Of a stretch of DNA of 64,000 nt, positions 11,577 to 24,692 are shown piece after piece. Every line of letters begins with the position of its first letter. Position 1 is the first letter of the stretch. The notes under the pieces are model-generated. The model searched no databases and had not been told where the DNA came from. It saw nothing but the letters and a program-made list of their open reading frames with translations. Source of the DNA: Podarcis liolepis (Eukaryota); NCBI GenBank assembly GCA_965112155.1, contig OZ218105.1; one strand, written 5' to 3'. The position numbers and the translations under genes were made by a program.

Positions 11577-13419
11577 AGCAAAGGAAAAGTGACAAAAAAC
11601 TATCAACGTGCTCCCTTTGTGTAACACTTTTAAATCTTACCCGAGTTGACATTTTTCTGTGAATGACATGCCATTCCCCATTTCTAGAACTGGAGTTTTT
11701 ATCTTCCATGTGCTTGAGACTACTTACTATACATGGCCAGGATATTATAGCACTGGTACTACTTCAAGTGTAGTGCCAGTAACACTCACACTAGCAGCAA
11801 GAGGTGATCAATAATTACCGGTATACCAGTCCCAGACCTAAATTAGCTTGTTTAATCAATATGCAAGATCTTCAAAAGTAGCTAAGTGCCAGGCATTAAT
11901 GATTACAAATCCTTGCTCCAAAAACACCTGAAGAAAAAATAAATGGGTGAATTAAGTTCTTCTACTGGTTCATATCTCAAGCTGTACGTATAGACAATAA
12001 CAGTTGCCAAATGATTAGCAGTTGGAACATGATAAATTATGTACATGCTTCGCTTACCTTGTATCATTTAGCCATTATTACTTTAATTGGCCCTAGCAAC
12101 ATTTACCCCCCCCCCATGTGTAATAGAAATAAGAGTTTGAAAAGGGTTATTAAATGGTATTCAAATGCATGTATAAAAATAGTATGCAAAAACTATGCTT
12201 TGCAAATGATTTCAAAAAGGAGCAAACTTTGAAGAAACCACAGAAACTAATAAAGCTCAGATGGGAGGACAGATGTGCAGTATTTACACTGCAACCACAC
12301 CACCTCAGGCTATTGTTTCTTACAGCTAAGCAGGGTTGGGCTTGGTCAGTGTAACTGAATAGAAGACTTTCAGTTAAATGTGCAGCAGGAAATGGTTCTG
12401 ATGATGTAGTGGATTAGAATGAGTAGGATTAATGTCACACCTTATGTCATAAGGAGGAACACTAATTGCCGGAGGTGCTGTAATTCTGATGAGAGAGAAG
12501 ATTTAGAGAGCTAAGCTAGACATAACATGCAAATATATATATTTAAAATCCTGCTCAGTTTATTAAAAAGCAGTTTTGAGGAGGAGGCGATTTAGAAGAA
12601 GGAAACAGCATGTGTATATCAAGGGAGAGGAAAATGTATGTGTTTAACCCTTTTCCCACCCATTGCTTTTCTGCTTAGACTGTCATCCCTCTGGTTTCCA
12701 GATGACAGATTATTACTGCAGATCTGTGTCTGGACAATTTGAAATTGGGGGTGGGGGTGGGGGAGAGAATGGAAATTTGGTGTGGAAAAACAATAAAGCT
12801 ACTATTTCTAGAACACCAAATCTTGCTAGAACTTTCAATCTAAAAAGACTGTTAAGCAAAATTAAATATAATGCATACGTACAATTTCTTTTGTTTAAGG
12901 AGCATATCATATCATGTTTAGATTTATATCTAAGCTTATATTTAAAAGCATTTCTAATTAAACTCCCACAAATGTGCGCTTCATGAATGAAAGGAGAACT
13001 GCATATATGAACAAATGAAACATATTTCTTTATACACCACTCGATTATAAAAAGCTGCAAAGTTTTTTTTTTAAAAAAATAAGAAATTTGAGAGAGAGAA
13101 AATCACCACCCTACGTAAAACATACAAAACTTAAAATACTAAAGCAGTTGAAATTACCCCAACTTTCTAAGCATCCGGGTAGGTTTGTCTAAACAAGACT
13201 GTTTCTAGCAGGCACTAAAAACAGTGTAGTGAAGGAGCCTGATTGGCCTTAATAGGGAGGGAGTTCCAAAGTGCAGGTGCTAAACAAATGCGGAATGGGT
13301 ATTATGTTGAACCTGTAGTGGTGCCAGTTCTACTGATTGAAACAGTCAAGTGATCACATGTGGGATAAGATAACAAATTTTAATTTTCTAAATGAAATGC
13401 TTTTGTGTATTTAACACTT

Positions 13420-13822
13420 GTCCTGAAAGACCTACATTGGCTCCCTGTACGTTTCTGAGCACAATTCAAAGTGTTGGTGCTGACCTTGAAAGCCGTAAAT
13501 GGCCTCGGCCCAGTATACCTGAAGGAGCATCTCCACCCCCATCGTTCTGCCCAGACACTGAGGTCCAGCGCTGAAGGCCTTCTGGCGGTTCCCTCATTGC
13601 GAGAAGCAAAGCTACAGGAAAGCAGGCAGAGGGCCTTTTCGGTAGTGGTGCCCTGTGGAACGCCTTCCCATCATGTCAAGGAGATAAGCAACTATACAAC
13701 CTTTAGAAGACCTGACGGCAGTCCTGTATAGGAAAGTTTTTAAATGTGTAATGTTTTATTATGTTTTTATATATGTTGTAAGCTGCTCAGAGTGGCTGAG
13801 GCAAACCAGTCAGATGGATGGG

Positions 13823-13865
<43 letters not shown>
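13420..13865 (+). mobile_element. L2 LINE 3' fragment with (AAT)n tail
   Basis: Decayed ORF2 C-terminus LKDLHWLPV..QFKVLVLTLKAVNGLGPVYLKEHL, then 3' UTR and (AAT)n at 13826-13865. Confidence 0.85.
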
Positions 13866-13866
<1 letters not shown>

Positions 13867-14799
13867 GGCTAAGAATTTTAATTAAGAGGTTCTCTGTTTC
13901 AGTTTATTTGTATTAATTACACTGCAGATGCAGAGTACTGATATTTTCAACTATACAGATTTAATATGTCACTGAGGAAGAAATATATTCATCAGATGAC
14001 TGGCTATGTTATAAAATAGTTATGGAATACATTCATTTCAGTTTAGATGGTGATACTATCAAAATAACAGGGATAATTAATTTGCTTGAAATTTTACTCA
14101 AATAACTGTCTTGTCTATCTTATTAGTCCATCTGTTAATGCAAATATTGTGGTATCTTCATATAAGCAACATTTTGAAGTTACTATAGTGATAGCAGTTA
14201 GGGAGGGAAATCTATTTAAAATAAAGTCTTCATTTCTGCTTTTCAGAAATGCAGACAGAATAATTTTAAACAGATTTTCTTAGTTGTAAAGGTATTTCTT
14301 TCTCTGCACATTAAATCCATGGATACAGTTCTGTGCTTCTGAAGTTATCACAACACAGCAACTTGTTTTAAGGTGAAAGGGTTTAGTTTCACAATCTTTC
14401 TTAAGGAAAAATAAGTTAATGGTACAGGTGCAGACTTGCTCCCATAATAAAGGTATGCACAAACATTCATATCTACAAGGACTCATTATGGAACGTTTAC
14501 GACATACTTCCCTGTAGCCATCAAAAAAATGCCTGATACTCTTATGACGAATTTGAAAAGCATAGCCTCCACATCTAGGAAAACTATCTAATACATATTT
14601 CCTTTGCAGTATAGTTAAAGGGTAAGGTGCCCCTAATCTGGAACTGGCCATTGATAATCTAATCCTATGTGTCCCTCCCCCAAATTTATTGTTCAGGTGT
14701 GTAGCAAGATAGGGCATCCAGCTTAACTCCCCTCTTTCTTTCCAGCTGTGTTGATGTGCAATTTCAGTGCAAATATAAGCTGCCTCTCACCATGTCACA

Positions 14800-15153
14800 G
14801 GTAAAGGTAAAGGGACCCCTGACCATTAGGTCCAGTCGTGACCGACTCTGGGGTTGCGGTGCTCATCTCGCTTTATTGGCCAAGGGAGCCGGCGTACAGC
14901 TTCCGGGTCATGTGGCCAGCATGACTAAGCTGCTTCTGGCGAACCAGAGCAGCGCACGGAAACGCCGTATACCTTCCCGCTGGAGCGGTACCTATTTATC
15001 TACTTGCACTTTGATGTGCTTTCGAACTGCTAGGTTGGCAGGAGCAGGGACCAAGCACTGGGAGCTCACCCTGCCGCGGGGATTTGAACCGCCGATCTTC
15101 TGATCAGCAAGTCCTAGACTCTGTGGTTTAACCCACAGCGCCACCCGCGTCCC
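14800..15153 (-). mobile_element. Sauria SINE, full length
   Basis: Near-identical to the other copies; TSD tctcaccatgtca / tctcaccatgcca. Confidence 0.95.
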
Positions 15154-15730
15154 ATCTCACCATGCCATGGCAGGCTGCAATTTCGCACCATAAGCCATTA
15201 AATTGCCAGTAAAAGTGTAGTGTAAAGATAATAAATAAATACAGTATATAGATATATATAGCAACAGTTGCCTGTTAGGTTGTGGCTACAATTCAAGCTG
15301 CTGTTTTGAAGGGCCCATCTAACCCAGGGAGTGTTTTTTCTCCATGAAGTACATGTGAGACCCTTCTCTAAATATTCTGGTTCCATGAATGAGAAGCATC
15401 ACAGGAAAGCAAAAATCCCATATAATGTATAGGGGTCTTTCACCTATTCCGCACACGATGATGCTCTTGTAGTTTGAGAAAACCACCTACATTTTCCATA
15501 CACCAGTGATGAGAATGTAATCTACCGTATCACTTCATCCAACTAATACCACCTTTTTTTTGTTTTTTGTTTCTTGTGTCTTTCAATAGTTCTTTGAAGG
15601 GTTGATACCTGAAATTTCAGTGCCGCGCGTTAATTATTATCCAACCTGTTAAATAACAAAAATGGTGTGCCACCCTAAGTTCTACCACTCTGCTTCTAAC
15701 CTAAACACCAAAGACGTCAATATTAACTCA

Positions 15731-15996
15731 GGGCTCATACATGCTTCTGTTTGTTCCATGATTTCTTGGCATAGGTCTGAGAGGTTTTTCTTTTGCCCCA
15801 CCCCTTTCCCTGGGAAATCCCGCTGTTTATTTCTGAATCGGAACAAAGATCAATTAGGTTTTCTGCAGATAAATTCGTTGGTAAACAGTGGGTTTTCCTG
15901 GGGAAAGAGGCAGGACAAAAGAAAAACCTCTCAGGCTCATGCCTAGAAGTCATGGGACAAATGGAAGAAATCGCATGTGGAAGTGTGAATGAGCCC
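15731..15996. mobile_element. PIF/Harbinger-type palindromic MITE
   Basis: Termini GGGCTCAT / ATGAGCCC; 3-bp TSD TCA on both sides; long imperfect internal palindrome (CTGAGAGGTTTTTCTTTTG / CAAAAGAAAAACCTCTCAG). Confidence 0.75.
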
Positions 15997-16325
15997 TCAG
16001 TTTCGGTTAGAGTTGTTTGACCAAACTGGATCAGGATGAATTAGAATTTCATAGATGGTTATGGCTGGTATAGATAATGGTCCCTGCATCCTATTGGTGA
16101 GCGTGTGGATGCAAAGGATAAAGGCTCATCCTTTTCCTTGTGCGTTCCTTATGATTTGTGCTCATGATGGTATTGGGACAGTTATGCACGATCCTGCTTT
16201 CAATACTTTCTGCTGCTGCAAAAGTTTCAGAGCAGACAAAAATGCTTCATTTTCTATCAGTGCATGTACTGTAGCTTCCTGCTAAAACCTTTTAACTTTT
16301 TATATTACAAGGGGTGCCTCCAGAC

Positions 16326-16461
16326 CAGGCATAGGCAAACTCGGCCCTCCAGATGTTTTGGGACTACAACTCCCACCATCCCTAGCTAACAGGACCAGTG
16401 GTCAGGGATGATGGGAGTTGTAGTCCCAAAACATCTGGGGGGCCGAGTTTGCCTATGCCTG
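16326..16461. mobile_element. hAT (Charlie-like) palindromic MITE, young
   Basis: Near-perfect hairpin CAGGCATAGGCAAACTCGGCCC / GGGCCGAGTTTGCCTATGCCTG; perfect 8-bp TSD CTCCAGAC. Confidence 0.92.
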
Positions 16462-16646
16462 CTCCAGACTGTCACTATTTTGTGGGAGGGATTCAGGTGC
16501 ACACCAGAACTTTAGATCTGCACAATTAAATGGTATTAAAACACTCTGTTGTTCTGGCACAATAAATCCACTTTTTTAAAGTGGGGGAGCAATTTGGAAA
16601 GTGACAACGAAATACATTAAAAAATGTGGGGTGAAGGAATGATTAA

Positions 16647-16770
16647 CAGGGAGAACTTTTGGCCTTCCAGATGTTTTGGACTCCCATCAGTCGTAGCCAG
16701 CATTACCAATGGGCAGTGATGGTGGGAGCTGTAGTTCAACATCTGGAGGGCCTCAGTTTCTCCATCTCTG
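16647..16770. mobile_element. Older hAT MITE of the GGACTACAACTCCCA family
   Basis: Degenerate hairpin related to 16326-16461; further relics at ~17390-17655, ~41380-41500, ~41697-41835 and ~53780-53870. Confidence 0.6.
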
Positions 16771-17480
16771 ATCTACAGTAAAGCTTCTTTATCCTTTCTG
16801 TGTTCCACAACATAATCTAAGTCTTGGCTCTCATCTTCACTTGGTGATCTCCTATTATTTTTCTCCCATAGCCAAGTTCACATACCAATTAACCACCTGC
16901 AATGGTATCGAGCTGGAAAACATGGCAATAAAGCTTCATAGGAAATTAGATTCCCTTACCTGCAGTGTAATTAAATAAAACTAGAGAGAAAATGTGCAAC
17001 AGGGTGTTTCTAATCTGTGCACAGGATGTGGAACACTGACTTTCATGAAAAGCAAAAGATTGACACTTAGTGTTGGATCAGCAGTTTAGCTTTGTTGAAT
17101 GTAAGTTCATGAACTTACAAATGACCATTTGGGGGTTTTTTTCTCCAGAGTGATGGTGCTCGAATTACTGGGCCAGCCACATTATTTTCATTATTTGCAA
17201 AAACAGACTTGCAGGGGCAAAACAGGCATACAAAGGCCCCATTTGCACTATACATTTAAAGCAGTATCATATTGCTTTAAACAGGGACGGCTTCCCCCCA
17301 AGAAACTTGGAAACTGTAATTTCTTAAGAATGCTAAGAGTTCTTAGGAAACCCCATTTGCCACACAGAGATGCAATTCTCAGAATTCCTCAACATGGTGC
17401 CCTTCAGTTGTTGTTGGACTACAACTCCCATCATCCCTGACCCTTGGCCATGGTAGTTTGAGGCTGATGGTAGTTGCAGT

Positions 17481-17609
17481 CAGGGTTTTTTTTATCCAGG
17501 GAGAACTCGGTTCCAGCACCTCTCAGGTGGGTACCATTGCCATTCTAAGAGAATGAGAGAGGCTTTCATGGTGAGTTCTGGCACCTTTTTTTCTAGAAAA
17601 ATAGCACTG
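17481..17609. mobile_element. hAT MITE nested in an older MITE
   Basis: Termini CAGGGTTTTTT / AAAATAGCACTG; perfect 8-bp TSD GTTGCAGT (17473-17480, 17610-17617). Confidence 0.85.
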
Positions 17610-20600
17610 GTTGCAGTCCAATAATATCTGGGAGACATCAGGTCAGGAAAGGGTACATTAGAGAAATGAAGTATGCAACACTTCTGATCAGAAACAAAAC
17701 GCTTTAGTTTCAATTTCAAACCTGCCCCTGAGTTTGACTCTTATGTAACTGTCTGGGAATAAGAACAATTGTTTAAATATTGAAACCCATAGTTGGCCTT
17801 CATACGCAAAGAACAGACCACCCAATAGTTAAACAATTAATTTTGCTTTACAAGAAGAAAATTACTGTCCTTAGGCAAAACTTATTTGATAACTATCACT
17901 CTTCTTAACTGGCCAAAAAAAAACACACAAAAAAACCAACCCTTTTCAGTTTTCATAGCTGGGCTGACTCATAACCAAAGTCTCGATAGCATGTCTTTCC
18001 CAAAGAAGGGCCAGTGAGAGTCTAAAACATGCCAGTGATTGTGTCATGATAAAAACCATGAGGCCTTCTAAGCCACTTTTACAGATGTAGGTAATAAAAG
18101 CCAATGTTTTCTCCTCTCTGTAGATTTGAACATTTAATGACTGAAGAATTCTACATAATTACCTCTGACTCATAAGCATGAAGGCACATTTAAAACAATT
18201 AGGCACAATAACAAATTCCAAAGCATTTTATATTGGATGTGGACTCCAAATATCTCCAGATGCAAATGTGTTAAGTGTCAGATGCTTGGATTAAGAATCT
18301 AGTCCTTGATAAATGACAAGGAAAATTAGTCATGATTCAGGACAGCTGTATGAAAAATGACTTTGCAGAACAAATAAATAAAAGGCACCAAAACACTGGT
18401 TTAGTTACCATAAGGGATGTCTGCACCCCTTCCGGACTCTCGTGATACTGGTGCTGGTGACTTGGATTTGGGCTGTTGTTATCCAAGATGCTGACACCAT
18501 TGTTGTGATCTGAGGGAGGAAGAAGGGTGTTTCCTATGTTCTTGTCCATTGCTCACCTTCCAGTGTTGGTAGCAGCAGCAGCTTGGGTGAAGGACTCCTG
18601 AGGTAAAAAGTCCTGTGTCCAAGTTGTCTGCCATTTGCCTTTCATCCAAGGCTCTGCCACAATTACTGCTAGCTGGGTGAAATCAAGAAAAGCCTTGTCT
18701 ATGCCACAGGGGCCTTATCCACGCCACCTGCAACCCCGCCAATCTCTTGGTCACACTGGAGGTGAAATTCTTGCACTCATGGGAACACAGGAGGCTCCTC
18801 TCTACAGTGACCAGCAGTGGTTTCCGCCAGCTGTCCGTGAAGATGTCAGAGTTAGAACCTGGTATGTTCTGCATGGAAGACATGTGTTTTCCTTCCACTG
18901 AGGTACTCAGCTGATGCTCTGCCATTGTTGTTTGGAACAGAATGGGGCATAGAGGGAACACAATTTCCTTCTTTTCCTTTCCTGTTCCACGGTGTAGTCT
19001 CCCCAGGGAAAGGGAATGGCACAGAACGTTACTTCATAAATGAAGGGCTGTGAATCTGCTTGGTCATCCTGCAATTTATTTCTGTAACTCCGTTAGGTAT
19101 CCTAATGGACTAAACCTGTGGAGGACACCCTGTAGCTGATTAATGAAGCCTTCAGAGGAACTTCCTAATGCACAACTTAAGACACCAGAAATGAAATGTA
19201 AGAGAAAGGTGTCTGCTAATAATCTCTTGCTTGGAGAAGGCATCAAGCACTTAAACAAAACCCCCAGGGCAGAAGAGGAGGTTAACATAGCCTAGTAATA
19301 TTTTAATTCTGTCATATAATCATAAGAGATGTTACCCCACCCAGGATAATTTGCTGTTTTGAAGGAAGAAATATAGCAACCTGTGGACAGATGAGCATGA
19401 GTTCTGATTTCAGCAGTGTGCTGTGGACAGGACTGCTCAGCTAACTCATTTGCCACTTAGTCTAGAGATTGGCTTGACTTGGGATTTTTGTTCTTCATCA
19501 TCCATTTACTTACTTAAATGAACAAGGAGTGTTCTCTGCCTTTTCCTTAGTAGGAAAAAAGAACTATTTTACAGCATTATGAAGCTGCAGAAGATAGTTA
19601 TCCAATGCACTAAGGTCTGTGGAAATCATTGATAATTTCCCCTCATAACAATCTCCTTCACTGAGATTACAAAGATGGAGAAGGGTACAGGAGTAATACT
19701 GATCGCACTAAATCATCATGACACGTCCCATCTGATCAAGCTCTGAATAGGCAGTCCATTTAGAACATTTTAAAAGGCAGTGAAGGTACATTAATGACTT
19801 GTGCCACGTGTCAGGGTCTGAGTTACACTGGGGATTTCCAGGTATTCAGGATGTTGTAGGTTTTTCCAGTAAAAAGGAACAACAACTGAGAAATGACAGG
19901 AATAAAATGAGTGACTCAATGTGAACCTACTGGAGCATACGTTTTGCATGCAAAAGGTCCTAGTTTCTAAAACTCTTGTTTCAGAACCCCAGGGACCTCC
20001 TGCCAGGTATAGATAATTGTGCACTAGTTGGTCGGACCAGTGGAATAAAGCAGCTCTATGTGTTCCTAAGAGCCATTAGCATCTATTTTTCAGAAAGCAT
20101 TAGATCCTTTCCAAGTTATTCCAAGGACAACTCACAAAGCAACAGTGTCACTTGGGGCAGGTCAGCCATTACTAAGCAGGCATTTGTGAGGCCACTATGT
20201 GAGAAATAAGGAAAATAATTTATATGAAATATGAGTGGTTACCTTTTCTTGTAGTAGTGGTGGGAGGATTTTAAAGCAAGTCTTCTTCTTGCCTTTTTAT
20301 GGCAGCAATCCACATGGGGATCTCCTGCTGAGGACTATTCAACATGGCAGACAGAAGTTAGATCAGAATTCATTAGCAGATTTATGGGCAGTTTTGAAGA
20401 GGGCTTGTATAAGACACTGAAGCATCTGAGATGAGGTCAACCAACTAACTGCTTCCTCTTAATGCACTGAACTTCTCCACCTGCTTAGGTTTTTTTGTTC
20501 ACAGTACTCTGAGACTATCTTGTCCATATCTTGCTCTGAGGAATCCTAGAATCAAACCCTAGGGTCCTTCTTCATGGTGAGGTGCTATGGGCAAAGGTGA

Positions 20601-22583
20601 CCCTGGAAAGCGCTTGCATTGCTGCCACTGCAGAAAACTGAAAGTGAAAACAGGCAGTCTCCAAGGCCACTTTCCCCACAGTGCCTTGCTCTGACAAAGC
20701 CTTCCTCCTATTGAAGGATAGGTTACCTGGAGAACTCTTTAGCATCACCACATCTAGTTTGCTGCTGCGGCTAGTAGGCTAGGCTGGTGACTGTTTAACA
20801 ACAGCAACACCTTAAAAGGCTCCCCCCTTCAGTTAGACTATTGAAATAAAGTTTTGGAGGAGGGACCAAGAATTCTTTTTAAGGACTGTGAGTTTGGCTC
20901 TGGTACCGAAACCTGATTCATCAGCTAAGCATAAACTCACAGACCCCCTTGTTCTTTTAATTACACCTCTTTCCTGAACCACTATCTAGTAGTTATAGTA
21001 AGAAACAGAACAGATGCTGCACACTGGGGTGCACATGCAGAGATATGTTTTGGGTGTGACTCAATGACAGAATGACATTTACATTTATGGCAAATATAAA
21101 TAAAATCCAACTGTTAAGCTCCAGTCAGTTGGTTCTGATAAAGCTATTATTTAATGACTTTTAAACTATATATCTCCCTTTCACTGTGGTACAGCTGAGC
21201 AAGTTGTCTACTCCTGAGTTAGGTTTTAAGAGTTTACCATAATGTTTTCCCCACCTTTGGATAAACTATTCCCCTAACACTTTAAATAATCAACTCTTCC
21301 TGTGTGTGCATTTTTAAAAGGATTTATATGTTACTTTAGAAAACCAACTTTTCCTTAAGGCAGCTTAGAATCAGCATTAAAAACATTTTAAAACCAACAA
21401 CCACAATTTTAAAATAAAAAGTAACAGCAGCGGAAAAACAATGTCTAGTTTCTTGTTAATCAGCTCCTAGTGCAAACATCATGAAATTATTCAGAGAACC
21501 CAGACAAATTATAAATCTGAAAAACTGATAACCGTTGTTTTCCTTTTTCTTTTTTTAAAAAAGAGCAATTACAGTTTGCCTTATGGTAAATTGCAGAGAA
21601 CATCATTGAATTAGCTGATTTAATACCATTTCAGTCAAACTTTTGAATCAAATTTTATCCATGGCCCACTGAGCTCCAGCAAGATCAGTCACAGTGCTCA
21701 GTAGTTAATATCTTATTCTTTTTTTTTTATACTCAACTGTGTCTGAGTCTTGGGCACATGATATTGTAGATAATCACAACCTGGCAAACAGTGTACTCTC
21801 TGTGAGGTTGGAGAATCCAATAGGCAGCCAATTAGCCAAAATGAAACACATACACCAGTTCAGGTGGTCCATTGTTAGCTGAAAGAGAAAAGGGCTTGCT
21901 GTGGCATCAGCACTGGAAAAAGGAAATGTGTGGGCAGACGTGAGGAAGGTTTGACTCGGACAAGCGAATACTCAGTACTATTGTCATTCCATCTGGTGTG
22001 TGACCTGAAAGGGCTTGGCTCGGAGTTCTGTGCTCTTTCTCATGGTCCTTTGTTCATTGTTTTGCAACTGTGACTGTGAGGCTTTGAAATGCATAAATAG
22101 TTCCGATGTTGTATCAGCGATGCTGGATTACCTAGCACGCTAAGTATGCTGCACCGTGGGGCCCCAGCTAAGTTCTTCTTGTAATGCAATTAACTGGGAC
22201 CTCCTCTGTAAATTGTATGGGAGAATTTTTCCTACTCGTGTCTCTGAGCTCCTTTAAAGTGTAATGGAGTTCAGGATACGCTGGCTAGTGTCTTTCACAT
22301 GATAGGAGAACAATGGGGACATTCTCGGTTGCGATGGTTTTGTCATAATGGCAGCCTATCCCGTGTGAGAAACGTAAAGAGAATGCTCTTGGTTGGCGGC
22401 ATATTTCAAGTGTGAGATGAGTAGGGGATCAAAACAATGCCTGCCTGTGAGGGTTTTTGTTTTACACCATTGTCTTTGCTTGCCATTCTTGGTGTTAGCA
22501 GAAGACACCTTATGATGAGGTGGACAACAGGAGCCACTGTCAGGGAGGGAGAGGTGCCACTGCGCAGCAGGCATCCTGGCAAC

Positions 22584-22847
22584 TGTTAAGTTGTGGGTGA
22601 GCATATCAGACGACACAGCGATTCTTCAAACAGCTCTTGTTTATTCACAGGCCAGAACAGAACTGAATTGAAGGGTTCAGCCAGCCTGCTTATATAGAGC
22701 TCCACTAAAACGCAACAGTAACCATTTTGTGTAACTATCAGATCACTGAATGTCACTTTCAATCCCTTATTTGCATATGTGGACCTGAGTGAAAACTATC
22801 TATAGTATCCCCCTGCTGGCCCAGGGTGAGAACTTCAGTACATAACA
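22584..22847 (-). mobile_element. Solo LTR (264 bp, probably Gypsy-like)
   Basis: TGTTA...TAACA termini; perfect 5-bp TSD GCAAC. On minus, octamer (22769-22776), TATATAA (22690-22696) and AATAAA (22640-22645) fall in U3-R order. Confidence 0.88.
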
Positions 22848-23414
22848 GCAACAGCGTCACTGCTGCGCATCAGCAGGGAGGGGAGGATGTGTGGAGAGAT
22901 TGGACCGATGTGGGCCTATGTGGAAGTGCCAGGTTGTCTCCACCAGTACACCTGAACAGCTTTGGTGCTCTCCCCTCTAACAGGAGACCAGGTGCACAAC
23001 AGTACCCTGCCCTGGCAGGTGTTTCTGATAGCTTGTGGGATAATCTGTCTTGGGTTGTTGTTTTTACTACACAACCCGGAGTCTAGTGCAAAAGCCATCC
23101 ATTTAATATTAGAGCGATAGGATTATGTACTTTGAACTGAACACACAATCCTTCCACGCAAAGATCAGCTCCTGGACACCCTACGTTTTCTTCACTTGAG
23201 CAGTGTAATTTACAATGTGGGACAGGGATCATTTTGTTGCTGTTATTGGGAGTCAGAATCCTCACTGATCTACTGCAAATCATCCAGAGATCTACCTCCG
23301 CCATGCCCCTGCTTTGCGGCATGCTTGTCAGAAAGGTGGCATTCCCCAGAACATTCTTCGACCAGGGTGGTCTTATTTTACAGAGGGCAGCCTTCAGTTG
23401 CAATGTGGCCATGC

Positions 23415-23474
23415 TCAATCATTGGGGGCAAGGTGGTGCACTTGGCGCACAAGGAAGATTCCCCCTCTCAAAAA
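23415..23474 (-). CDS. Probable terminal coding exon of an unidentified minus-strand gene (frame unresolved)
   Basis: Branch point TACTAAG (23536-23530), ~45-nt polypyrimidine tract, CAG acceptor (AG at 23476-23475). All frames stop within 60 nt: FLRGGIFLVRQVHHLAPND*, xFERGNLPCAPSAPPCPQ* or xF*. Followed by repeat-poor, CpG-retaining sequence to ~21.6 kb, consistent with a 3' UTR. Confidence 0.45.
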   Translation of the reverse strand, partial: FLRGGIFLVRQVHHLAPND

Positions 23475-23579
23475 CTGAAAAAGGAAAGAAAGAAAAAAGA
23501 GAGAGAAAAGAAATAAAAAACACTCAAAGCTTAGTATTTAAAAACATTATTATTAAGTTTCATTATTGTTTCTCTATAG

Positions 23580-23756
23580 CTCTGATTTTCAGCTGGTGGG
23601 TTGGGACCCACCACTGGGTTGTGACCTGATGTAAGGTGGGTTGCAACAGCAGCCCTACCACCATTCAAATGTATGGTAGAAAATTAAATAAGGCATCCCC
23701 AAATGCATGTTTTGATTAAAGATGGGTTCTAGTTCTGAAGCAGTTGAAGACTACTG
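23580..23756. mobile_element. Degenerate hAT MITE
   Basis: Right end GTTGAAGACTACTG; TSD ctctatag / ctctatat. Confidence 0.55.
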
Positions 23757-24571
23757 CTCTATATAGTCTCACTCTACCGTCTTGGCAAGGGTGGGGTAGG
23801 CAACGTTCCATTTACGCTTACCATAATTCATAAAGCAAAACTTACAGCAGGAGAAAAGAGCACTTTATTGTCTTGAGGTTGGCAGATCACCCAACGTCTC
23901 CTCCCAATTTAACAAGCGTTAAGCTTCAATGAGACGCAAGATACATCAAGGGGAAAAATATAGCCGCGAGGCTAATGATGACAACAGCTGCCAGCAAACT
24001 TTCCACTGGAAGCATGTAAAGACTTGAAACGAATCTTAGCTCAATTTTTGTTTTAGCAGCATCAGCAACATGTCTGTGCTGGCAGAAACTCATAGTGCAT
24101 TCCTTAACACTAGGGACTCTAGGCTTGCATTTGAGAATTATTAAATTCACTCGCAGCTGTGTGGTAGTAAAGGAGTGTTAAATTCATTTATATGTATAAG
24201 AGATTCAAAATTAATTTGCATAAGTTTTCTTCTGGTTGCCAAGGTGAGAGTCAGGGGAGGGGCAAGGAGTTATGCAACCTAGAGAACCCTACTTCTGTGC
24301 ACTAGAACATTTGCTTAGCCCCCTCCCCAGCACTTGAGACTTAACCATGACTGTCCATTTTCAGATGGTGTTTTTGTTTTGTACGCTTTTGAAAAAAAAC
24401 AGAACTTTACTCTCAAAGATGCTGAATTATGCCCTCAGTGCTAATTTCCAGGAGGTGCTTTATCTGTAATGGGGTGATAATTTGTCAGGAGGCGGGAGAG
24501 GTGATGATTTTTGTTGGGATCAGTCCAATTTTTACTGCTTTTTGGGGGGGCGGGGAAACGTATTATTAAGT

Positions 24572-24692
24572 AGCTACCAGCATGAATTTGACTAAACTGC
24601 GGGAGGCAGTGGAAGACAGAAGTGCCTGGCGTGCTCTGGTCCATGGGGTCACGAAGAGCTGGACACAACGAAACGACAAAACAACAACAACA
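24572..24692 (+). mobile_element. BovB (RTE) LINE extreme 3' fragment
   Basis: Closely matches 60741-60862; (CAA)n tail. Confidence 0.88.

Noticed and set aside
14280-14717. 145-aa minus-strand ORF
   Set aside because: No recognisable homology and no bounding splice signals; likely chance.
15505-15612. C/D box snoRNA candidates (GTGATGA...CTGA; also ATGATGA at 26353)
   Set aside because: No terminal stem or recognisable guide; box spacing at 26353 is too short.
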